64,000 bases of DNA from Hydrurus foetidus (Eukaryota): positions 1 to 64,000 of the forward strand of contig UYFQ01000682.1 of NCBI GenBank assembly GCA_900617105.1, written 5' to 3'. Shown here one piece after another: positions 1 to 13,640 of the stretch. Made by a program: the position numbers and the translations under genes. Below the pieces are notes generated by a model. It was not told the origin of the DNA and ran no database searches. It saw only the letters and a program-made list of their open reading frames with translations. How positions within the stretch are numbered: position 1 is the stretch's first letter; each line of letters opens with the position of its first letter.

Positions 1-123
1 TACAAGACCACGAAAAAAAGATACTGTACACTTCATTAACTACAACAAATAAAGACGATATAGTGATGTTCCGTATAACACATAAAATAATTCAAAAAGA
101 ATAGTGTGTCAATACGTAGTTTT

Positions 124-2419
124 TTATCTTCTTTTTGTCCCGCTACTTTTTCCCTTGTCCCCTTTACTTTCTCTTTTTTCTTCCTCTTCCTCTTGCTCTT
201 TCTCTAATTCCGTTAGCCGTGCCAAAATCGGTAAAAGCTCATTGTACCTAAACACAGAATTGCATTTATCAGATATTTGTTATAGCAAGAAGAGTGATAA
301 GAAAAAAAAGTTACGCTGAACTAAAGTTGCACAAGTAACATGTAATAATTTTTAATTTTTGCTAAACTCTGTAGTGTCGTAATTCATAGCATTACTGACG
401 CACTATATCAACACTACTATGATTGCTTATGTCGTAATATATTGTGATACATTCGTACCTTTCTTCTGACAGAAGAAATCCTTTTCTTTTTATTTCTTTT
501 TCGCTCATTATTTCGCCTTGAGAGACACGTCCACTCGCCTTTAAAAAAAATGTGAAAATATATGCAAGAAATGTGAATGGACAATGTATATGTAAATGTC
601 AGAATAGATAGAGGCAAATGCAACGTAAGTAAATGCAAATAAAAAGTGTTTCAAAAAATGCTGCAAATTTTCTGCAGATAGTTGAATTGTAACTTCAACT
701 TTCGTATGACTGAAAAACTGTAAATGCAGCAGCATTTTCTTCACCTCATCTTCTTTCCACAACCGGATAATTTCCGAAGACCAAAATCCAACTGTACGAC
801 TGTGAACGTACGAAAATTTTAAAACAATGAAATGGTAAAATAAAAAATGTGGTGATTTTGAGTTTAAGAAAATTAGTATGGATAAAGAGGAACTTTAATT
901 TTAAATGAGGAACAAATGAACGCATTAAAAACTAATAAGATGTAACCAGTAAATTATCTGTATTAGTCATGAATAAGGCACACTTATACCTTATACAAAA
1001 CGTACAGACATGCACACAAAAATTGAGGAAGTGCTACATCTCTCGATCAAAAAATATTTCAAATAAGTACCGCACAATATACAAGTGATAAGAACAAAAG
1101 GCACAGAAAAAAGAAAAAAGAAAAACGTTTCACATGAATGTAACACTAAATATGAGTGCTCATGACCTGTAGAATTGCCTGAGGCTTTCTCCGCCTAGGG
1201 GTGTTCTGTTTTCATCCGTGACTCCCAGATGATTTCGAAGACCCTCTATCTCATCGCTGGAAGAGGAGAGAGAAAGGAAAGGGTAGAGAAAGGAAAGGGT
1301 AGAGGGGAAGGAGAAGGGGAAGGAAAAGAGAATGAGAAATGGAAAAAAAAGGGAGAGAGAAAGGGAAAGGGAAAGGGAATAGAAGTGCGAGTCGGAGGTG
1401 AAAAAAAGATGATAGAAAGTGTTGCACTTGAAACACATTTCCACACCATCGCCATATCACACGTACGTACATGCGTACATACATTCATACGAGCGTTACT
1501 AAAGCATGAACACACGAATTAACACGTACGTACCGCAGCGTTCCCATTGCTCCTGACGACATTCCACCCACCCTCCTCTTCTGAGTAGAGGAGACCTTGG
1601 ACTTCAGATTCGAGACTTTTGATGCTGGTGTACATAAATTAGATGGTGATTAAGATCATGGCGACTGTGAGGATTTCTACTGAGCTTAATGAGGACAGAT
1701 AAACGATGCGAAACAAGATACACGTGCCAGACAATAATTTCCTGCACTCTTCTTTCAAGAGACAGACAAGTTTGATAATCTGATTCAAATCAGGTTTGAA
1801 ATTTTAATAAGTCATGGATGTAAGTAGCTAAAAATAAAATCGAATGACCAAGTTGTACCGAATGATAATAAAGTTATCAACAAAGATAGATAAAACGCAA
1901 GACAATGAATAAAAGACAACAATACCAAATAAAATTAATTGGACAAAATGAAATAAAATATAATCGATCGCATACTTACATTCTCCTTCATCGCCCTCTC
2001 CTTCCTCCTCCTCCTCATCATCGTCGCTGTCATCATCATCGCTATCGTCATCACTGTCACTCCCGTCTGATCCCTGAGTAACGATATTTAGTACTACATT
2101 AATTCATATTTACTTTTTGAAATAAAAATGTGGAATTTTAATTATATTTTTCTGTTTCATCTAGAACACAATTTTCTAGTGAGGTTTTTGTATCGGCGTA
2201 AACACAATTGTTATGTGGATAAAATGAATATTGAAGACAACATAATGTTGCTTCATTACCGACATAAACGCACACAATTCCCTCTATCGTGAACATACTC
2301 GACAGTTTACTTCTATAAGCCGAATCGATAATGATAATAATAATGATAATAATAATTATAATAATAATGATAATAATAATAATGATAATAATGATGATAA
2401 TGATAATAATGATAATAAA

Positions 2420-2475
<56 letters not shown>

Positions 2476-4120
2476 TAATAATAATAACGATAATAATGAT
2501 AATAATGATGATAATGATAATAATGATAATAATAATAATAATAACAATGAGAGTAATACTAATAGTGTTTCTTAGTATATGGTATTTAATTCAGTATAAT
2601 GTTGCTTAATTTAGTTTGTTAAGCTTCAAGCAATGCTGCTTACCTCCTCTAGTCAGAACAGTAATGCTTTGTTTAGATTAGATCATTAAATAAAATACAG
2701 TTTAGTTTATTTACCAATCCACACACATACACGTATACACACTTGCAATTTCCTTTTTTCATGTGCTCACTTCAGCCAATAACAACATATTCCGTAACAG
2801 TATTAACAAGATATACAATATTTCTTATTTACCGATCCCTCTGTGCAGGTGTCCATGTCTTCTCCCTTCCACACCAGATTGTGCATGGTGCCTTGCAAAA
2901 CCTGTTTAGTACAAATATCTTAATATTTAGTATACAATTCTAGGATGCGAAGTATTGTATCTTGAAAATTGAAATCTGAAATATTGTGCTATTTCCATCC
3001 ATAATGATTTCGATTCATTTTTATCAGCTGTTATCTATCGATGAAAAGCATTCTCGAACATACTCCGCTCAACACACATTACATCATATCATGGTGCACA
3101 CTTCCATTTCTGTGGTCGTTAGCAGCAAAACTTTCTGCACGATTTTTTACCTTTTTCCATGTGTCTCTTTTATTCAAATCGAGTGCCCTAACAGCGAGTA
3201 AAATATAAATAAATATATGAATAAATTAAATAATCAATAAATAGATTAGGATTACACCAATTACATAATCATCAAATAAATTAATAAACGATAGAATAAC
3301 AGATGACACATAGAATTTCCAGAAGACAATTATTATCTAATTTATGAACAGACAATAAGTTGAAAATGTGCATAAGAAAATAAATGGAAAAACGTATAAT
3401 ACCATAAATTAGAAATGAAATGGCTTTAAGAGAAGACATAGAAGATAAGATAAGATAAGATAAGATAAGATAAGATAAGATAAGATAAGATAAGATAAGA
3501 TAAGATAAGATAAGATAAGATAAGATAAGATAAGATAAGATAAGATAAGATAAGATAAGATAAGATAAGATAAGATAAGATAAGATAAGATAAGATCAGA
3601 GAAGATAACATAAGATAACATAAGATAAGATAACATAACAGAGAATAATTCTAATAACATGGAATTCGACTCAGGTCTGGGTAGTATCGCACCAGCAGTC
3701 GTCTAGCGTAACTTCAATATCTCCTAGTTCCGTCATTCCCCCGTATATGTATAAAGTGTTGCCTTTCACCTTATGAATAGAGCGTTTAATAATGTAGTAG
3801 TGTTGATAGCATGTGTTACGATAATATGTGTTATTGATCTATGTCACATACGATTATAAAAAAAAAAAAAACAAAACACAACACAACACAACACAACACA
3901 ACACCAACACAACATAACACAACACAACAACACAACACAACACAACACAACACAACACTAAACACAACACAACACAACACAACACAACACAACACAACAC
4001 AACACAACAAAACAAAACAAAACAAAACAAAACAAAACAAAACAAAACAAAACAAAACAAAACAAAACAAAACAAAACAAAACAAAACAAAACAAAACAA
4101 AACAAAACAAAACAAAACAA

Positions 4121-4151
<31 letters not shown>

Positions 4152-4154
4152 CAA

Positions 4155-4185
<31 letters not shown>

Positions 4186-7100
4186 CAAAACAAAACAAAA
4201 CAAAACAAAACAAAACAAAACAAAACAAAACAAAACAAAACAAAACAAAACAAAACAAAACAAAACAAAACAAAACAAAACAAAACAAAACAAAACAAAA
4301 CAAAACAAAACAAAACAAAACAAAACAACATTTGTATTTCTCTCACCATTAGACATGGATTGATGCGTGGACTGGGATCAGTTCGCTCCAAAAAATATTT
4401 CGATAAATTGGTAACAATTGGCTGAGTGTGTGGGGTCACAGTTTTTTTATTTGAATTTTTATCAATTTTAACGGATTTAGATAATTTTTCGGTTTTGTCA
4501 GATTCGGTTATTTTGTTGTGCATTTCCGTAATTGATATAGATACGGATTCTAGATTTATACTGATATCAACTATTTCCATTTTTTGATCTCCACTGTCGT
4601 TTGTTTTGCCGCTCACCACTTTATCCAAGTTGTCATCATTTTCAATTTCGATTTGAATTTTGCCGTCCACATTATTTATTCCACTATTTTCTGCATCTAT
4701 TAATCCATTATTGCAGCTAATCGAAGGAAAGACAACAATGTTATCTTCCTCTTCTAAATCGACATAAACCACATTTCCATTTTCATCAACATAACCGAAG
4801 AAATTTCCTTTCTCTAATTTATTTTCATCTTCAATGTTTTCGTCTTTTTCTCCATCTTCTACTTCTCCTTCAGAGTCGTCATTCTAAAATAAGAGCAAAA
4901 GTAATAAATGTGATATCTCTCAATCAAGTATAATCATTTACTTTATTTGTAGTGCAGATTATGTTTATTTTTATGATAAGTTATGACTAACAAGTATGCT
5001 TTTCTGTGATTTATGTAGGAGTGAAAAAACAGAGACATCAAGAACAATTATAATAACGGTAACAGTAATAGTAATAATAATATTATTATTGTTATTAGTA
5101 TTATTATTATCATTATCATTATTATCATTATTATCATTATTATTAGTATTATTACTATTATTAATATTATTATTAATATTATTATTAATATTGAATATTA
5201 TTATTAATATTAAATATTATTATTATAATTATCATTATCATTATTATCATCATCATTATTATTATCACTATTATCATTATCATTAAAATGTGAATAGTAA
5301 TGAAAGTATTCCCGATAATAATAGAAAATAACAATAACAGTATTTGCTTACAAAAAAAGTGATTAAAATTTCAGAAAATCAGATGAATCAAATTAAGAAA
5401 CTAAGTCTGGAAAAATTGTTTCAAAAATAATACGACAAAAGAATTAGATTCATTGCTAGGCGTATCCCATAGCTCTATAATAACAACAACCATTCAAATA
5501 TTGTTTACTTTATTACGACTCACTAAAATCACACACTCTTTGAAGCGTATAAACGTATGCACTCAAAATAATCAAAAATGAAATATTCTCATCTACGAAA
5601 TTTAAAAAACCCACCTCATCCATTTCAGAATTTTTAACTTTTTTTGTTTTTTTCCCCTCACTATCTTTGATTTTGGGTACTTTTAAGCCTAATTGATACC
5701 ATCTTTTTCTTTCCATATCAAAGGCTTATCTTTTCGTTCCTTCAAGACCTCTCCTCAAATGTTGGGGACTTCCCTCTCCTGCCGGACCTCTTTCTCCCTT
5801 TCCTCCCTTTCCTTCCTTCCTTCCTTCCCTTCCCCTCTCCTCCCTTTCCTCTCCTCCCTTTCCTCCTCTTTCGTTCCCTTCCCTTCACCTCTTCTCCCTC
5901 CTCTTCTTTTCTTCACCAACCTTCGTCATCCAGCACACCTCCGAAGAACAGTCCTTTGTTCTTGTAGACCGTCATCACAGCGCCACATCTCGCTGAGGGA
6001 AAGTGACCCTTCTTCGTTATCTACGGGCGGCGTAGAATAGTGTGATATGGTTTGGTAGGATTACACCGCGAATTGTGGTGTGGTGTGACATGGAAATGAT
6101 AAATAGAGTGAGTGAAGGAGAATCAGAGCAGTGGAGCAAAAGAGACGTTGTGAGATTTGAGAGAGAAAAGAAAGAAAAGTTGATGGGGATGTGTATTCGT
6201 ATGGAGGGAGGGATTCGATAAAAAGGGATGGAGAAGGAGCAGAAGAAAGGAGGAAGAAAAAATAGGCCGGTGGATAGAAGATTACAGACGAAAAAGGACC
6301 AAAATCACGCTAGGGTCATGATCAACAAAATGCTGGAGAATTTAGGGTAGGAGGAATCAAATACCAAATAGGCATATGGAACAGTACAGTACGATACCGT
6401 ACTTTTTCATATTATATTACGTCGTACTATTATATACAATACTCTACTCTACTCTACTCTACTCTACTCTACTCTACTCTACTCTACTCTACTCTACTCT
6501 ACTCTACTCTACTCTACTCTATTATACTACTCTACTCTACTCTACTCTATTCTATTACACTACACTACACTACACTACACTACACTACACTACACTACAC
6601 TACACTACACTACACTACACTATACTATACTATACTACACTGCACAACACTACACTATACTATACCACACTGCAGCGTACCTTTTGCCACACTGCTTTGC
6701 CCACATCGAGACACACTCTCCCTCCAGCCGTGCCGCTACCCGCTGTTCCTAATAGCGATTTAAGGTTTAATGACCACCTGATTCGAGGGGGAGGAATGGA
6801 GGAGGGAGGGAGGGAGGGAGGGAGGAGGGAGGGAGGGAGGGAGGAGGAGGAGGGAGGAGGAGGGAGGAGGGAGGGAGGGAGGGAGGGAGGGAGGGAGGAG
6901 GGAGGGAGGAGGGAGGGAGGAGGGAGGGAGGGAGGAGGGAGGGAGGGAGGAAGGGAGGAAGGAAGGAAAAAAGAGAATAAGGGGAAAGAGAGTGTGATAA
7001 TGATAGGAGAGAGAAGAAAGGAGATTATGACGTAGAATCACTAAAAATGGAATAAGACAATTTGACACCGGAATACAACACAACACACATTGTAATCTCA

Positions 7101-10100
7101 AACAACTCACGAGGCATACAACAAATTTCGTGAAAAGCATTAAAAAACAGATGAAATCGACTTACATATCTTCATGTACTTTTCCTTCTTTTTTCTGTCC
7201 GGAAACTTTTTCCTTTGAGTAACCTCCGTGTACGTACAGAACATCGTCCGTTACGCTTACACACATTTGAACTCCACTTCTTTGTCTTGGTATCTTTAGT
7301 TAAGAGTAAAATAAATAAGTAAATAGTTTTTTTTGTTTATTGTATTTCGTCATTGATGCTAATAAGATGTATCACTGTTTTACAGCTTAAATCAGTACAA
7401 TGATTTACTATACGAGCAATTCAATCTACTTTAATTTGCATACGTCAAAAACGTGCTGATCATCATCATATGAATATTTTGAGGTATTTTCAAATCCGTG
7501 ATTTTGAGCGTGCTTACTTGTGAGTGCAGTTTATACGGAATATTCGTCCATCTTTCTTCAGCAAAGGAATAAAGATAAACATCGTTATACCACCGAACCT
7601 GACAAAACATAGAATAGAGAAAATTAGGTGAGATAACAAAGAATTGTCAAGATGATGTAAGATATAAAAAGATGAAGGAAAAGATAAAGGTATAAGATAA
7701 AATAGAGCCAAATAACCGATCTTAAGCAACGTTGACAATACAAGGGACGCCGAGGAAATCAAGAGATTAAATTAGAAAAATTTAAAGCAATAAATGTCGC
7801 TAAAAAATAATAAAAATAAAAATGAATCATAGATCACACGAGATCTGAACACACTAAAAATAGAATATGAGTACGAAGTCGCCTACCTCTCTTAAGGCTT
7901 CGTAGAAACCTCCGAAAAGAAGAATGTAATTACGCCACACAACCATTCTGTGTCCACTACGCGCTGTCGGCACATCGCCCACAGCTAGGTAGAGAAAGAC
8001 GTAGAGAATGAGGTAGAGAAGAGGTAGAGAAATATGGGGATAAAGTTGAGATTTAGGTCAGGGTAATTGAGGCAAGGTGGAAGGTATTAAACAAAGTAGG
8101 TAAAGAGGTAGAGAAAGAGGTAGGATATAAAGTAGAGAAAGGTGAGAAGGTTTAGAAGGAAGTAGAGATGATTGAAGTAGGCAAAGAAGGGGACAATAAA
8201 GAAAGTAGGTAAAGAGGGGAAGAAATTGAAGAGGAGATAGAGGTGTAAGAAAAGTGAAGAAAATATTGAATTCAAGTGTAAAATGAAAAGTGATGGGGAT
8301 ATGTAGATAAATATTTTAAGTGATGTAGTCGGTAGCATGACAATTACTACAACAACACATAACATTTTATGATGAAGTGTTGTCATTTCAGTGAGATAAA
8401 CTGTAATGAACTTGAAATCATCATTAAACGGTTAGTTTAGTGGACTCTGCGTGAAAATGATTCGCATACAGTGGGAGGTGTGGGGTGGATTGGGGTAGGG
8501 TAAAAGGTTCAACGATGAGCATTAATCTATTAGTCAAGAGTACAGTAATTAATTGCGTACTTTTTATTTCCGTCCAAGTGTTGGTTTTCAAATCCAAGCT
8601 CCACAAATCCCTCAAAAAATTTAATTTTAAAATTAATATTAAAATTAAAATTAATTAATCGAAGTAGAAGGAAGTTAGATTAGATTACTTCTTCTGACAG
8701 CAGACTAAACTGCACTACTCTGCATCGTACTGCACAAGTCGACATGTTAAACATTGTACTGTATCACAGAACATCACTTCTCGTTAAATAGAATCGCACT
8801 GTATCGTATCATACCACATCATTCAACAGTACAACACATTACATCACATCACACTACATCACATTACACCACCCTACCCAATCCTACCCTACACTACACC
8901 ACCCTCACTCATCTTCCTTTCCCTATACGTGACATTACACTACATTGCATTACACTACACTACACCACATTACTCTGCACTGCACTACACTACACTCCTT
9001 TACCTATAGTGGTGGAACTGGTCTAGTGTAGCGTACTCCCCTCCAAACACGTACACTCTATCTTTGAAGAATACTGCTTGGTGGGAACAGCGGGGAGAAG
9101 GTGTGTTCAATGACTCGATTTGCTTCCTGGGAATATGGAGAAAAAGTCAATAAAAAGGTGTATAAAGTTGGAGTAAGTGACACGAAATCTGGCATAGTGA
9201 AGTATAATGAAATGAATTGAAATGAAGTGAGATAAGGTGAAATGACAATAAGTGACATAAGATACAACAATATGAAATGGAGTGGCGGTTCATTAAGAGA
9301 TGGAGATGACGACAGGAATTAGATGGCAGGAAAAGAACATAAGAAATGGTAGCACAGAAACATTCATGTGAAAAAGTTGTGAAAAAGTAAGCGTCTGCAC
9401 TAGTACAAAGATGCAAATAACAGTTTACAGAAACAATTTTGTGTAGATTATTTCTGTTTTCTACTGCTATTTCATTTTATTTGCTGCTATTTCACATAAT
9501 CTTCTATATGCCAAGTGGAAAATTTTACTGATAATTCTTTCATTCTCAAATTAGTTTTACGTCATCTGAGATAATATATTATTTACACCGATTTAAGTAC
9601 TTTTTTCCGTATTTTCAACCCTCTGTCAGTTAACAACGTTCAATTCAACTTTCGTTAACATCGCATTAGATGGAATAGTTCACAGACGTAAAATCAGTCA
9701 CCAAAAAAGTCAAAAAAATTCAGCAGTAAATTTCTCATCGAAAAAAAAAACGTCACAGTCTTTTGCGTAGTTTTTTATGGCATATTATAACTCACCATTC
9801 TCCTCCCCCTTTCTCAACATTCCATCTGTACAATTCGTTGAAAACTGTCGTTCCTTCTCCGTCACAGAATTCACCACCAAACATCAACATCTCCCCTGGT
9901 AATGAAAGTGAAGATACAATGAGTAAGATATAATGAGTTCGGCAATTATGAACAAACAAATAATAATTAAAGAAACAATGAGCAAAGGAATATAAAGTAC
10001 AGAAATGCAATACAGGATATCATACAAAATTGAATAAAAATCATACAAAATTTCCTCGATAGGTAAAATAAGAAACTAATGAAGATAAGCGGGTCATAAA

Positions 10101-11426
10101 ATATGAGTACGTAATGCCAGTGAGAATGGTACGAACACTTTTACAAGATTGTATACTGACCACTGCAATGCTGAAATGTAAAGTGACTATAAAAGCATTG
10201 AATAGATTGGAGATATTTAGAATTGAGAAGTATTTAGTAATTTGTTAACCACTATCCAATGCAATCAAAACATTGCAAACATTTAAATGAAGTTGTTTAC
10301 TTGCCCCTTTGCAGAGCTGTCATAGTGATGTATAAACTGCCAATGTAAGTACACCAAACATTTAAATAGTATTGAATACTAACCACTTGGCAATGCAGTC
10401 ATGCTGAAGTTCGATCTTGGACTGGGTTGCGCACACACCGTAACGGACACAGATGTACGTGCTTGATCTTTAGCTGTAAACTGTTCGGTAACATTATGAT
10501 ATTGTTAAGATCATCATCATGGAAGAAGTGATGATGCATATTCTTTTCTATAGAGTAGTCAGAACAGATAATTGTTATATGCGTGATGTATGTTTTGAGA
10601 TGAGAGAAATGTCTGCGACAGTCTTAAATTATAAATATGTACAGTAGCTTTTCGCCATCCAAATCGTGTCCAGCAAGACAGCATTGGATCAAACCAACTG
10701 TGCAACAAATGTAATGTATTGTTTAGATAACGATCATTTTGAAATACTCTTTCACGCAGCGCAACCACTACATTCGATTTAGGATTGCAATCTTGTGTGA
10801 ATAGAAAGAGTTTACAATCAGTCAGAAGAAGAATTCCTCTTGAATTCGATTCAACAGTGCATTTCGATATGATCTATCTATACCTAAGCTGCTGAGTTTA
10901 CCAATGTACAGAAGTTACACATGTTCATTGTTCCGAGACAAACATCGATACTGCTGTTCATATCGGTACTGCTGGCAAACATCGGCGAACGATATCTAAG
11001 ATTCCTTTCGAGTATATCTGAGTGATACAAGATTCCCATACATCACTGCAAGAAATGCATTCAAATGCAGCACTATCACAGTTGAAAATCAACTTGGATG
11101 ATAAGTAGGAATTTTATGAAGTTTGACCGTCGATATTGATGCAGACGCACTTATTTCTGATACGTCCAGCAGTCCATCATCGAGAGAATCTCATACCATC
11201 AGTGTTGTCATTCTGAGTCAACGTAGAAGCCGAACATGGACTGAAACCACCCTACTGAACAGTTGCCACTCACCTCAGCGATCATCATCTCTATGTCATC
11301 CTCTCCTAGATCTTTTATCTCCTTTTTCACGCTTTTCTTCACAAGTTTGGTTTGCTTTGCAGCCTGCTTTGCTTTCTTCGCCTCAACCTTGACTTTGTCG
11401 ACACGCTTTCCATCTTTCTTCCCCAT
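124..11426 (-). CDS. KLHDC4: Kelch domain-containing protein 4-like (kelch repeats + C-terminal DUF4110-type region), ~21 exons
   Basis: Exon 1 (11426-11274) reads MGKKDGKRVDKVKVEAKKAKQAAKQ...DIEMMIAE. GT-AG exons then give PSPRSNFSMTALPSG|EMLMFGGEFCDGEGTTVFNELYRWN, PSPRCSHQAVFFKDRVYVFGGEY, PTARSGHRMVVWRNYILLFGGFYE, PRQRSG...LYVHGGYSK, PSARCG...LFFGGVLD, PSPRINPCLM|VKGNTLYIYGGMTELGDIEVTLDDCW, an acidic tract and TPLGGESLRQFY|SRT. The last exon ends ...GTKRR with TAA at 126-124. One junction (~5725-5920) looks corrupted. Confidence 0.9.
2328..2545. repeat. (ATA/ATG)n microsatellite, intronic
   Basis: Directly visible. Confidence 0.95.
3443..3596. repeat. (ATAAG)n microsatellite, intronic
   Basis: Directly visible. 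Confidence 0.95.
3861..4330. repeat. Compound (ACACA)n-(ACAAA)n microsatellite, intronic
   Basis: Directly visible. Confidence 0.95.
5050..5286. repeat. (TTA/TCA)n degenerate microsatellite, intronic
   Basis: Directly visible. Confidence 0.85.
6441..6670. repeat. Compound (ACTCT)n-(ACACT)n microsatellite, intronic
   Basis: Directly visible. Confidence 0.95.
6799..6967. repeat. (GGA/GGGA)n polypurine tract, intronic
   Basis: Directly visible. Confidence 0.9.
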
Positions 11427-11666
11427 GATCGAAAATTATTTACACGAAGCCAGCTGTGCCTACAAAATCGGGTGACGCTGAACCTTCCCTGATTCTAAAC
11501 GATACTGTAGCGTCAATGTACAATGTGCTGTCTGAACAACCATTTACTTCGCCGTATTCTCTGTTGCTGATCTGCTGAGGAAGAATGAACCAGCATCTAA
11601 TTTTTGATAGGGAAGATCTAAAAAGTGAATCAGAACTCAGAACCTACAACAGCAGTCTGTAATCTC

Positions 11667-11860
11667 TTTTTTCTCAACCGTTTGTACGGAGTACTAAGGT
11701 AGAGTTTATGGATATTTATTTCAAAAATAAATTGAAATGCAATTAATTTGCCCCTGAGCAAAATTATGCTCCTGAATTTTCAAAAAAGAAATGACGTTTT
11801 TTGAATTTTATGGGAGTAAATTTTTCTCAACCGTTTGGTTAGAGTCTATGGATATTTATT
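11667..11860. repeat. Imperfect direct repeat pair TTTTTCTCAACCGTTTG...TAGAGTYTATGGATATTTATT (11667-11720 and 11821-11860)
   Basis: Two copies ~150 bp apart; the first carries an extra internal segment. Confidence 0.75.
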
Positions 11861-12697
11861 GACATTTTTTTGAAATTATGATCTATTAGTCACATCTTTA
11901 GATCGTGTTCCTGCATTTATTTGTTTATGAGAAGCCAGGGATTCGGTCCTGGGAAGGCAGGAATATTTTTCCTGGGAAATCAGGGGGGTTTTCCCTGGGA
12001 ACTGAGATTCTCTCTGCGCTGTAGATGAATACTGAACTATTAGGAACCCTCGTCGCAATCTTGGAAGGTACTCCACTATTGGTAGAGAAAGAGGCATTCT
12101 TTGACTTCTTATTTCTTGAATTTCGTTTTTCATTGGCTGTTGTGTCGTTTTTTGGAAGAACCATATTGATGCATTTATCTTGTCCGGTCACAACCATTGA
12201 TTTCGAAGGGATAAAGTACCTTTTCAAACGTTGAAGTCGCAAAAAAGATGACTGAAATGATAGATTCTATAAGTTTGGAGTTTAAATCGATTAGAATCAC
12301 ATGCTAGTGGTTTCATCCATTATTAATTGCACATTCCACGAAATATTGCGAAGGTGCCTCAAAACTTTGAATTTGGCGGTCTTCGAAAATTGGGGGTAAA
12401 TTTGATGAGATCGTGGACCGTCAAGACTGTGGTGGAGATTACAACAACCATGATGACAGTGAAGAAGATCAGCACTCACCTACCGACAGTGACACCACCA
12501 CTGTCTTTCTTTCTGCAGAAGTGCCCACTCGCGTATGGCCAAATAAACAGGGAGTGGAATCCGCTGTTGCTTCTATCCCTTCAACATCATCATCAACATC
12601 ATCTTCTTCTTCTTCTTCTTCGATTTCTGCGTCGTTCACACCGTCATTCCCAGAAGGTGAATGCTTGTTTACTGCTATGACCCATACGAGAGGAGGT

Positions 12698-13060
12698 TCA
12701 GAGAAAAGGAAGTTGACCAAGAAGCAATAGTTCTAATCCAATTTGATGTGCAGCATATTTTCTATAGTAGCGATCGATCAGTTTCTTCCTCAAAGCAAAA
12801 TGTGAGTCTTGAACCTCTTCACTACCATCACGAAATATCTCGTGACGTTTATTCACAGCATTTATTCCTTGTAAACTATAATCAGTTGATCCTGCTAAGG
12901 CTCTCGCTCTTCTCCTGTGCTTCTTAGAATTAGTTATATCTTCTTCAGTATGATATCCTGCTTGTCCTTCCCAATTTACAATTTCCTCTCATCGTGGACC
13001 AAACCCATCAACATTCAGGAGCATGTGTTCGGTATGAAGTAATAACAGGACGATAATATC
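12698..13060 (-). pseudogene. Decayed PIF/Harbinger-type DDE transposase, C-terminal fragment
   Basis: The minus-strand frame 13027-12698 reads HMLLNVDGFGPR*EEIVNWEGQAGYH...DSHFALRKKLIDRYYRKY. This resembles the (LH)NMLLxxDG...W and LRxxLxxH C-terminal motifs of PIF/Harbinger transposases. It has an internal TGA (probably TGG originally) and no DDE core in the window. Confidence 0.55.
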
Positions 13061-13332
13061 ATGCACTGTTCACAGTATCACTCCACTGGTGTAGTGGAAA
13101 ATGATATGGGACGATTTCTGTATAGATTCGGGAGATCGAATCCCACAGTATTCCTGTTTTTATTCACGTTATATACCTACCGTTTTTATGATACGTACGA
13201 ATCTTTACTTCAAGATACGAAAGTTCAAGTCCACGCTTTTACTTTCGTCAATAGACAATACGAGAATTGTATGGATGTAGGCATGTAGTCAACAGCTAGT
13301 CTACCATCGCATACTTATTTATCACGTAACTA

Positions 13333-13469
13333 AGTTGAGAAGTTTCGACAACTCACAAACTTCCTTCATCTAGAGGTCTAGTCAAATAGGAAAGCGCGCA
13401 TATTTGATCTGAGACTCACAGATAAGGACACGGAACACACTTACAAGGATAAAGATTCACTGTTCAACA
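13333..13469 (+). mobile_element. Candidate 5' LTR of the Copia-like element
   Basis: Ends in ...TTCAACA (13469), 2 nt before a TGG-initiated PBS-like site. The putative start AGTTGA approximates the Copia TGTTG...CAACA termini. No second copy exists in the window, so the left boundary is uncertain. Confidence 0.4.
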
Positions 13470-13471
13470 TT

Positions 13472-13483
13472 TGGTCTCACAGC
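13472..13483 (+). promoter_or_regulatory. Primer-binding-site-like sequence TGGTCTCACAGC
   Basis: TGG 2 nt after a CA end and ~170 bp upstream of the gag ATG. Matches 10/12 positions of the common tRNA-iMet PBS TGGTATCAGAGC. Confidence 0.45.
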
Positions 13484-13640
13484 TGAACGTTTACTGAACG
13501 AGTAAACGGTGAGGAATCAAGGGAACGCATTTACGGTTTTCACGAAAAACCAATCATAATGAAGTAACCACCTTACCGCGATAGCTTCCGCTAAGTCGAA
13601 GAGTCCAGAGAGCATCTGGCCGCAGAGAGCATCTGCTGAA

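Noticed and set aside
13090..13330. TGTAGTGG at 13090 as the 5' LTR partner of 18163-18372
   Set aside because: Similarity stops after about 7 nt.
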